A DNA stretch of 64,000 bases from Candidatus Aquitaenariimonas noxiae (GTDB lineage: Bacteria > Omnitrophota > Gorgyraeia > Aquitaenariimonadales > Aquitaenariimonadaceae), in the NCBI GenBank assembly GCA_002780005.1, contig PEWV01000025.1, forward strand, positions 25,150 through 89,149, written 5' to 3'. Under the pieces are notes generated by a model, which did no database searches, was not told where the DNA came from, and was given only the letters and a program-made list of their open reading frames with translations. Positions within the stretch are counted from its first letter, which is position 1. The number at the start of each line of letters is the position of its first letter. This document shows, piece by piece, positions 56,397 through 64,000 of this stretch. A program made the translations under genes and the position numbers.

Positions 56397-57836
56397 TTAA
56401 GACGCCGAGAGAATTCGCTTGAGATATCCTCTTTCTCTAAATATAAAGCCTTTTAAAAAATACGTAACTGCAAGGTATAACAAAATGGCCAAACCTACTA
56501 CCACAAAAATATTGGCATGCCTAAATGAATATACAAATACCCCTGTTACAAATGCCGCTATAATTGTTTTCAAGAAAACGCGCGCGAGCGAGAAGCCGCC
56601 TAAACATTTTATAACCACGAACATAAGCGTAGAAAACATGATAAATTCGGTCAATATGCTGGATATCGCCGCACCTATGTAGTTTAAACGCGGTATCAGG
56701 CTTAAGTTTAAAGCTACATTTAATAATACGCCAAACCCGCAGATAAAAGGTAGTACCTTTTGTTTATCCAAAGTCACCATAACATAGGTATTCAATGATC
56801 CGAAAACTACTAAAAATGCCGTACATGATAAAAACCTCATAACAAGCGCTGTGCTTTCAAATCCCGGACCGTAAAGTAATAATGCGATCCTGTTCGATAA
56901 AAGCGCTATTAAAACTGCGGCCGGTAAAAACAAAAACACTACCAAGCTAAGACTTTTCTCATAAACTGCTTTAAAATCATTCTCCGAAGATCTGTGTAGG
57001 CGGGAAAATAAAGGGAAAAAGGCGGTCGCGATAGCGCCCGATAGAACAATAAACCCATCTACGATAACATAGGCGGCATTATATATACCTACTGCCTCAT
57101 CGCCATTTATCCTGTATAAAAACAATGTCGCGATCTTTAAATAGAGAACAGCAAAAAGCTGGGTAAGCCAAAGGGGTATAGTCTTTATTATATATTCTCG
57201 CAAAGCATCAATCTCTAAGGAGGGATATTTGAAACCTATCATTTTCATACAGAAAAAACCCATAATTGCCAAGGTAAGCGCGTTTGCAATAAAGAAAATA
57301 CAAAATAGCCCTATTAATCCTCCCCCGTTATATAAATACCAGATACCTAAAGAAATGAAAATAATGTTTTTGAATAAGTTCCCAAATAATTGATATTCCA
57401 TCTTTTCGAAGGCTTGGAAGACAGACTCAAAAAGAACGATCAATCTGACGAGAAAATAAGAAAACGCGCATAGGTATATTACTAATGCCACTTCCTTGGG
57501 GCAATTTAAAACAACAACAACTAGGCCAGCCAGGACTAATGTAAGACTACTTAATATGAAGTTTATAACGCCGAAATTGAACAAATACTTGGAGGCATTA
57601 GATTTATCTTTGGATACTTCTCTTATCAAAAGTATGTTAAGGCCTAAATCCGTGGCTAAAAATAATATTTGGGATATTACGAGGGCAAGGGTATACTGGC
57701 CCAGCTGGGCCTTGCCCAAGAGCCTTCCTATAAAAAAAAGCATAATCAACAAAGCGCCTTTATTGATGAATTCCCTCATCAATAATGACATTGTATTTTT
57801 TAGTAAGATACGTATATCCGCAATCGTGCTTCTCAT
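56397..57836 (-). CDS. Wzx-type polysaccharide flippase
   Basis: About 12-14 TM helices; DLGL..L.IREVS, VGIYNAA, FFP..SR, LIP....GAA. Confidence 0.9.
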   Translation of the reverse strand: MRSTIADIRILLKNTMSLLMREFINKGALLIMLFFIGRLLGKAQLGQYTLALVISQILFLATDLGLNILLIREVSKDKSNASKYLFNFGVINFILSSLTLVLAGLVVVVLNCPKEVALVIYLCAFSYFLVRLIVLFESVFQAFEKMEYQLFGNLFKNIIFISLGIWYLYNGGGLIGLFCIFFIANALTLAIMGFFCMKMIGFKYPSLEIDALREYIIKTIPLWLTQLFAVLYLKIATLFLYRINGDEAVGIYNAAYVIVDGFIVLSGAIATAFFPLFSRLHRSSENDFKAVYEKSLSLVVFLFLPAAVLIALLSNRIALLLYGPGFESTALVMRFLSCTAFLVVFGSLNTYVMVTLDKQKVLPFICGFGVLLNVALNLSLIPRLNYIGAAISSILTEFIMFSTLMFVVIKCLGGFSLARVFLKTIIAAFVTGVFVYSFRHANIFVVVGLAILLYLAVTYFLKGFIFRERGYLKRILSAS

Positions 57837-57874
57837 CTCAAGTTTTGTTTATGATGTTTTTGTCATATACTAAT

Positions 57875-58600
57875 TTAAGATAGCTTCCTGCCCTCAAAAA
57901 TCAAGGTCTCTGCTCTATTAATATAATCCGGTACACTTTGACTGTGACTTTCAATATTCTGCATGTTTACGTCGTCACTTTTTCCTACGTCATACTTTAC
58001 GATATTATCAAAACCGGCTTCTTTCATTGCCTTCTGTAGTGTTTTAAAATCATAAATAAATTTATGTCCATAGTTTTGAAAGCAATTGTTAATAACAAAG
58101 ACGCTTTCATAAATCCCAATATCAGATAAATAGGTATCCACAATCCAAGAAATATATTTCTCTTGTAACGCAGTTTTCTCTGAATTATAAAGTTTGATAA
58201 AAAAGCTAAGGTCGGGTGTAGCTATGCGTATTCTACCGCCACGTTTCAGGATACGGAAACATTCGCGCAGGAAATGCATACCCTTCTGATATTCTAAATG
58301 TTCGATCATGTGCTCACTATAGATATAATTAAACGTGCAATCATCAAAAGGGAATTTTTTTTTGGCATCAAGGAACATTACATCCTTGATAGGTTCGATA
58401 TCGGCATTAAGCCAACCTTGCAATATATTTGCTCCTGCACCAATCTGTAACTTGTGAATTTGATGTATCTTCAGGTATATATTGAGCTTTGAGTGGCGGG
58501 TTAACCTACTCAAACAAATTCTCCATATATTACGTATTTTTACAAAAATGCGACGTAAACCTACTTTTTCCAAATATTGTTTAAATCCTCGATACGCCAT
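57875..58600 (-). CDS. Class I SAM-dependent methyltransferase
   Basis: LQIGAG, GWLNAD, EHMIEHL, ECFRILK.GG.IRIATPD. Confidence 0.85.
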   Translation of the reverse strand: MAYRGFKQYLEKVGLRRIFVKIRNIWRICLSRLTRHSKLNIYLKIHQIHKLQIGAGANILQGWLNADIEPIKDVMFLDAKKKFPFDDCTFNYIYSEHMIEHLEYQKGMHFLRECFRILKRGGRIRIATPDLSFFIKLYNSEKTALQEKYISWIVDTYLSDIGIYESVFVINNCFQNYGHKFIYDFKTLQKAMKEAGFDNIVKYDVGKSDDVNMQNIESHSQSVPDYINRAETLIFEGRKLS

Positions 58601-58654
58601 CGGAATAATACCTTTTCCGTATTTCTGCTTTGTACCATTTCACCAGTTTCTAAT

Positions 58655-58691
58655 ATTTAAAAAGGCCTCGTTAATAAAGGCCTTTTTAAAT
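58655..58691. terminator. Probable bidirectional intrinsic terminator between wzc and the methyltransferase gene
   Basis: Perfect 14-bp inverted repeat ATTTAAAAAGGCCT-N9-AGGCCTTTTTAAAT; short GC core with T tracts on both strands. Confidence 0.55.
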
Positions 58692-58733
58692 TTTCTATCT
58701 TTATTCTAATAAATAAAATATGGCTGGATATAT

Positions 58734-60773
58734 TTATAGGTGCCTGTATAATTTTTCCGGAATAACGTATTCTACATTATTTAATACTGCCCCTAAAATT
58801 TTCCTTCGTGATTTATCTAAAAGCGATTTTGCCCGTTCAACGGCTTCGCGGTTTGTGTCGCCGAACTTGATTACCATTATTATCCCTTCTGACTCAAACC
58901 CTAAAATTGATGCGTCCGGATAAGATATTAAGGCGGGTGAATCAATGATAACATAATCATACTGCGCCTTTACCCTATTAATAAATTCTTTCATGGCGTC
59001 TGACGCCAACAATCTGGAAGGCTCCGAAATCTCTTCAGCTGCGGATATTAAATGTAAATTGTTGATGTCGGTAGAATCCACCCTGATCGCCTTTCCCTGA
59101 GATAACATTTCCACAAGATTGTTTCTGACTTTTAATTCAAAGAATTTATGCATGCTGGGCTGCCTTAGATTAGCGTCCACTATAAGAACTTTTTTGTCCT
59201 TTATCGAGGCTAAAGACATGGCCAAATTAGCGCACACTACGCTTTTGCCCTCATGGCGGCTGGCGCTCGTTATGAGAAGAGTGTTTATTCCGTTTTCCTT
59301 GCATAACTGCTGTATGCTGGTGCTCAAGGTATGAAATTTTTCGGAAATGGGAGATCCCGGAGTATATAAGGTAAAGACCTTTCCCTTCGCTTTAGGAATT
59401 GACGTAAAAACTGGAAGCTCTAAATGACGCCTTATCTCATCCACTGTCTTTAGGGAATGATCCCAATATTCTTTTAAAAAAGCCCCTCCTACGCCGCACA
59501 TTAAGCCTATTACGCATCCCAGAATAGTGTTGAGCACTTTTTTAGGCTTTGAAGGCACTAGCGGTTCTTTGGCTGGATCTACTATCTTTATATTTATCAG
59601 CAGATTGCTTTTTATCGACTCGGTAAGGGCTGCCTCTTCCTGCCTTCCCAATAGGTTGAGATATAGTTCGTTTTTGCTTTTGATTTGACGTTCTAACCTA
59701 TCATATTCTAAATCTATATTGGAAAGTTCTTCCAATCTTTTGCTATATTTATCCTTCACTTCCTCCAAAGTCTTTTTTCTTGACTCATACGCAGTAAGAT
59801 CCGATTCCATTGAATTTACAACATTCATTATCTCTTTATTTAATTCTGCCTTGGTTTGATCGATCTCTTTATTGACGCCTTCGACGGGGATGCTCTCTTT
59901 GTTGTATCTGTTCAAAAGATCCGTGCGTTTTAATTCCGAATCCAATAATTTCATCTTAAGCGAATCCACAACCGGATTCGCTATCATCTGAGAAGCAACG
60001 ATAAGACCATTTTCTTGTTTTAGACTGTTTTTCAGCCCTTCGAGCCTCATATAATTTTCTTTTATATCTGCTAATACATTTTCATATTCGGCTTTAAAAT
60101 CCGCCAATCTGTCTGTCGTGGCCTCGATCTCTCTCTTTATAGAAGCTACATCCCCTTTTTTCTTTAATTCACTCAGTTTATCTTCGACTTCTCGAAGTTC
60201 CTTATCTAAAATTTCGACCCGTTCTGTCAAAACCCCGGAAACGCTTTTTGTTCTATTCTGCTTCAGCTCAGACATCCATTTCACGTAATCATCGGCAATC
60301 GCATTCGTTATTCTTGCTGACATCTCGGCGTTACCGTCTTCCACGCTAAGCTTTATAATATCAGTGTCTTCTTTTTGCTCTACCTTCACTCTTTCTTTTA
60401 GTGAATTTACGGCTTTCTCGACCTGATTGGGCGCTTCGAAATATTTATCAAGACCAAACTCCAAAACCACCCTTTCCAATATCTGGCGGCTTTTTATAAT
60501 TTCGCTTTGCGTTTTAGTCAGCGCAGACCTCTCGTCTGCTACCGAAAGTTGGTATGGCACGCTCGCAATGTCATAATCTTTATGTATAAGAGGCGCCCTT
60601 GGCTCGCGCTCAACTACAATAAGGGTAAACGCTTCGTAGGTTGGCGGCATAAGAAAGGTCCCTATTACCGTAGTAAGCGAAATGACCAGAAAAAGGACTA
60701 TGGCTGTGCTTTTCCAATAATATAAGATCCTGAAATAATCTCTCAGACTTGTTTTTATATCTTGACTTTCCAC
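58734..60773 (-). CDS. Wzc-like polysaccharide co-polymerase / tyrosine autokinase
   Basis: N-terminal TM, coiled-coil periplasmic region, P..P..PKK before the second TM, Walker A EGKS, VDANLR.P, IIDSP. Confidence 0.9.
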   Translation of the reverse strand: MESQDIKTSLRDYFRILYYWKSTAIVLFLVISLTTVIGTFLMPPTYEAFTLIVVEREPRAPLIHKDYDIASVPYQLSVADERSALTKTQSEIIKSRQILERVVLEFGLDKYFEAPNQVEKAVNSLKERVKVEQKEDTDIIKLSVEDGNAEMSARITNAIADDYVKWMSELKQNRTKSVSGVLTERVEILDKELREVEDKLSELKKKGDVASIKREIEATTDRLADFKAEYENVLADIKENYMRLEGLKNSLKQENGLIVASQMIANPVVDSLKMKLLDSELKRTDLLNRYNKESIPVEGVNKEIDQTKAELNKEIMNVVNSMESDLTAYESRKKTLEEVKDKYSKRLEELSNIDLEYDRLERQIKSKNELYLNLLGRQEEAALTESIKSNLLINIKIVDPAKEPLVPSKPKKVLNTILGCVIGLMCGVGGAFLKEYWDHSLKTVDEIRRHLELPVFTSIPKAKGKVFTLYTPGSPISEKFHTLSTSIQQLCKENGINTLLITSASRHEGKSVVCANLAMSLASIKDKKVLIVDANLRQPSMHKFFELKVRNNLVEMLSQGKAIRVDSTDINNLHLISAAEEISEPSRLLASDAMKEFINRVKAQYDYVIIDSPALISYPDASILGFESEGIIMVIKFGDTNREAVERAKSLLDKSRRKILGAVLNNVEYVIPEKLYRHL

Positions 60774-60803
60774 GTTAGCGGGCCCCCCTTGTTTTTAGTA
60801 TCA

Positions 60804-61943
60804 TTATTGATTGAGATCGAAGCTGGCGCTGGTGCCAAAACCTATCCTAAGCGCGGTTAAGAACTCGTTTAAATTCCCGATAAAAGTTTTTGGAACATAC
60901 ACTATATCGCCGGTTTGAAGCTCTATATCGTTTTTGAGCTTTCCGTTCTGCACGATATCCAAAAGGTTAATTCTAATGACCTCTGCGTTTTCATTATTAA
61001 AAAATCGTTTCACGACTAAAACATTTTTTAGATAGGCATAATTCTGCCAGCTGCCTGCCAGGCTTACGGCCTTTAAAATCGTCATCCTAGTTTCATACGG
61101 ATATAGGCCGGGCTTATTAACCGCCCCCAATACAAAGATGCCTTTACTTGCCGAGCCGGTTATTATAACGCTAACCTCTGGCTTTCTCAATGTCCTGGAG
61201 AGTCTAAGCGAAACTTCCTGTGCTAATTTTTCTGTGGTAGAACCTTCAGCCTTTATGTCGCCTGCTAAAGGAAATGAAATGAAGCCGTCGGGTCTCACAA
61301 CAAGCGTTCGCAATAAATCCGGATGCTGCCATACTGATATTTCCAATTGGTCGCCGCGGTCAATCCTATACCGCTCTCCTACTGGAAATTTGCTTTCGTC
61401 AAAAAACTCCTGCCCTACGCTTTCATCCTTTTTTACATCGGCAATCTTTACCGCTGGCAATTCAACCGCTTCTGTTCTTTGAATAGCAGACTCGGGCGAT
61501 GAAACTGGCGCTGCCCGTAAGACTTCTCTGCCTAATCTAACCACTAATTTCTCCTCGCGCAGTATATCGTAACTAACAGGATTTTTCAGTTCAATAACTA
61601 TAAAATCCAAGGGATAGTACGACCTGTCCAATTCTGCCGGAATTTCCCCTTTGGCCTTAATTATAGAAACTGTTTTAACACTATTGTCTCCTGAAAAAAC
61701 TTTTTCATTTAGATTGGTATATACAACGCCTAGGGGGTCTATCACGATTCTTGAAGGCTTATCGAGCGCGTAGTCTAGGTATTCTACGGCTATATTCGCC
61801 GATATTCTGATCTCAGGAGATTCTTTATTAAAATCGATTTTGATGTCTTCTATTATGGGAATTCTTTCTTGAGCCATGAGGGTTGGAAATGATGAAAAAA
61901 AGCTAAGAAATAAAAACGCTATAATATAATATAATTTTCTCAT
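60804..61943 (-). CDS. Wza-like polysaccharide export protein with N-terminal AMIN-like domain
   Basis: YRIDRGDQLEISVW, VRPDGFISFPLAG, VLGAVNKPG, LQTGDIVYVP. Confidence 0.88.
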   Translation of the reverse strand: MRKLYYIIAFLFLSFFSSFPTLMAQERIPIIEDIKIDFNKESPEIRISANIAVEYLDYALDKPSRIVIDPLGVVYTNLNEKVFSGDNSVKTVSIIKAKGEIPAELDRSYYPLDFIVIELKNPVSYDILREEKLVVRLGREVLRAAPVSSPESAIQRTEAVELPAVKIADVKKDESVGQEFFDESKFPVGERYRIDRGDQLEISVWQHPDLLRTLVVRPDGFISFPLAGDIKAEGSTTEKLAQEVSLRLSRTLRKPEVSVIITGSASKGIFVLGAVNKPGLYPYETRMTILKAVSLAGSWQNYAYLKNVLVVKRFFNNENAEVIRINLLDIVQNGKLKNDIELQTGDIVYVPKTFIGNLNEFLTALRIGFGTSASFDLNQ

Positions 61944-61998
61944 AAGTATATTTTCCTTTTTTAGTTAAGAATCTACCTTTTTATAAAATTACAGAAAA

Positions 61999-62027
61999 AG
62001 TATACACCATAAGAGGGGTTTTGTCAA
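61999..62027 (-). promoter_or_regulatory. Sigma70-type promoter for the EPS cluster
   Basis: Minus strand TTGACA-N17-TATACT, ~55 nt upstream of the wza-like start. Confidence 0.75.
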
Positions 62028-62107
62028 GAAGGTAGAATTAAAATGAAAGGATTGGTTAGCTTGTGGCTAAGTTAAAAAAAATTATGTTTTTTTATTACAA
62101 AATATAC

Positions 62108-64000
62108 TTATTTAGATTCTTCCTCTTTTTTAGCTACTTGGGCCTGCGCTATTATTGTACCTGCAATTTTAGCTGGCACTTCTTCATAATGCGAGAATTT
62201 CATTGTATAAGAACCCCGCCCCCCTGTCATAGAACGAAGTTCGGTGGCATATTTGAACATTTCAACAAGCGGTACCTGGGCCTGCACAGTTCCTGCACCC
62301 ATTCCCATTATTCTGCCTCTTCTGGCATTTATATTTCCCGTAACATCGCCCATATACTCTTCGGGAACTGTAATTTCAACGTCCATAATAGGCTCGAGCA
62401 AAACAGGGCCGGCTTCTAAGGTCGCTTTTCTGAATGCCATAGCACCCGCTATTTGAAATGCCATATCAGAAGAATCAACTTCGTGATACGAACCGTCGTA
62501 GAGAGTTACCCTAATGTCTGAAACGGGATAACCGGCTATAATACCTTCGCTCATAGCCTGAACTACGCCCTTTTCGACAGATGGTATATAGTTTCTGGGT
62601 ATAGCACCTCCGACTATATTATCAACAAATTCGAACCCTCCTCCTTTTGGCAAGGGCTCTACCTCCAGCCAAACATCGCCATATTGGCCGTGACCGCCTG
62701 TTTGTCTTTTATATTTTCCTTGGACTTTAGCGGTTTTCTTGATCGTTTCTTTATAAGCTACCTTTGGAGTTCCAAGCTCGACACCCACATTAAACCTGTC
62801 CTTAATACGATTGATCATAATTTCTATGTGCAGATCTCCGACCCCCGCCGCGATAAGCTCTTTTGTCTGAGCGTCTCTAGATATTCTAAATGTCGGATCT
62901 TCACTCGACATCTTATGAAGGGTAACTGAGATCTTATCCTCATCGCCTTTTGACTTGGGCTTTACCGAACGAGATATCGCCGGTTCAGGAAAAACTATCG
63001 GGTCAAAATTTATCTGTGCCTTCTCATCACAAATAGAGTCTCCCGTCTCTGTGGTCTTTAATTTTGTTACAGCAGCTATATCGCCGGCCTGGACAGACTC
63101 GACCCCTCGTTGTTCTTTACCATGAATAAAATATATTTGACCGATTCTTTCTTTAGTGGATTTGGAAGCATTATAGAATGATGTGTTTGAGGTAAGGTTT
63201 CCGGAAAAAACCCTGAATATGGTAAGCTGCCCTACATACGGATCCAGTATGGTCTTGAACACTTGAGCGCAAAACGGTTCGCTTACGCTTGGTTTTCTGG
63301 AAATTTCTTTGCCTTCAGCATCCTTGCCGACCTTAGGCTGACAGGCGGCCGGCGAAGGCATGTATTTTATAAGTGCCTCTGCAAGCTCTTTTACGCCGAT
63401 ATTGTTAGTAGCAGACCCGCAGCATACGGGAACTATATCGCCTCGCATGATCGAACCCATTAAACCCTTTTCAACTTCATCGGTAGTAAGCTCCCCACCT
63501 TCCAAATATTTTTCTATTAATTTATCATCACCCTCGGCTACGGTTTCCAGTAAGGCGTCCTTGTATTTTTTTGCATTCTCTTTATCTTCGCCGCTTAAAC
63601 TATTAATACCATCCGACGGTAAAAGGCTTACTACGCTCTTGAAAGAAGCCTCCTTACCTACGGGGAACGTCATGGCGACGCATTTCTTGCCGAATCTGTT
63701 CCTGATGGATTCTATTGTTTTAAAAAAGTCCGCATTTTCCTTATCTAGTTTATTTATAAATATAGCCCTTGGGGTATTTTTTTCGTTTAAAAGATTCCAT
63801 GCCTTGTCTGTCCCGACTTCGATACCGCCTATCGCGTCAACTACAATGATAGCGCTATCCGCGGCCTTAAGCCCGCTTATCAAATCTCCTATGAAATCGG
63901 CGTAACCGGGAATATCTATTAAATTTATCAGCTTATTATTAATCCGAGCCTGCAAGACGGATAAGCTGATAGAAACTTTTCTGTCTATTTCATCTTTACT
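62108..64000 (-). CDS. Elongation factor G paralog (EF-G2-like), 5' end outside the window
   Basis: The frame stays open to 64000 (SKDEIDRKVSISLS...). DIPGYADF, NKLD, KRQTGGHGQYG, DGSYHEVDSS, LRSMTGGRG. RKVSI and GY replace the canonical RGITI and GH. Confidence 0.9.
   Translation of the reverse strand, partial: SKDEIDRKVSISLSVLQARINNKLINLIDIPGYADFIGDLISGLKAADSAIIVVDAIGGIEVGTDKAWNLLNEKNTPRAIFINKLDKENADFFKTIESIRNRFGKKCVAMTFPVGKEASFKSVVSLLPSDGINSLSGEDKENAKKYKDALLETVAEGDDKLIEKYLEGGELTTDEVEKGLMGSIMRGDIVPVCCGSATNNIGVKELAEALIKYMPSPAACQPKVGKDAEGKEISRKPSVSEPFCAQVFKTILDPYVGQLTIFRVFSGNLTSNTSFYNASKSTKERIGQIYFIHGKEQRGVESVQAGDIAAVTKLKTTETGDSICDEKAQINFDPIVFPEPAISRSVKPKSKGDEDKISVTLHKMSSEDPTFRISRDAQTKELIAAGVGDLHIEIMINRIKDRFNVGVELGTPKVAYKETIKKTAKVQGKYKRQTGGHGQYGDVWLEVEPLPKGGGFEFVDNIVGGAIPRNYIPSVEKGVVQAMSEGIIAGYPVSDIRVTLYDGSYHEVDSSDMAFQIAGAMAFRKATLEAGPVLLEPIMDVEITVPEEYMGDVTGNINARRGRIMGMGAGTVQAQVPLVEMFKYATELRSMTGGRGSYTMKFSHYEEVPAKIAGTIIAQAQVAKKEEESK

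Noticed and set aside
63953-63955. TTG start given by the ORF track for the EF-G paralog
   Set aside because: The frame stays open to the window end and the P-loop is missing, so the real start is upstream.

Overview
Almost every gene in this window is on the minus strand, in three blocks. (1) 1-34.7 kb: a tightly coupled tandem array of giant genes, G1 (3381 aa), G2 (4303 aa), G3 (3695 aa) and the 5' end of a fourth, G4, which the ORF track missed. Each has an N-terminal signal-peptide-like segment and one of two conserved N-terminal domains. The three complete ones share a ~200-aa C-terminal domain ending EE(A/S)EFIG(K/N)A. Between the ends sits a shuffled cargo of enzyme domains (pseudouridine synthase, HEAT, CPBP-like, lytic transglycosylase-like, GNAT, SAM methyltransferase, HD, His-kinase, PIMT, UvrD/PcrA Tudor-like, NadD-like, APH kinase, HAD), recurrent wHTH and HExxH modules, several internal RAPP/RAGP motifs resembling ribosome-arrest peptides, and in-frame palindromic DNA insertions. 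(2) 34.8-42.9 kb: housekeeping run yebC-ruvCAB-queH-DUF2905-queA-tgt-yajC-recJ, without secDF. (3) 43-62 kb: a Wzx/Wzy-type exopolysaccharide cluster, with a partial EF-G paralog upstream. The architecture suggests an Omnitrophota-like bacterium; this is an inference. All domain calls come from motifs read by eye, and internal domain coordinates are approximate.
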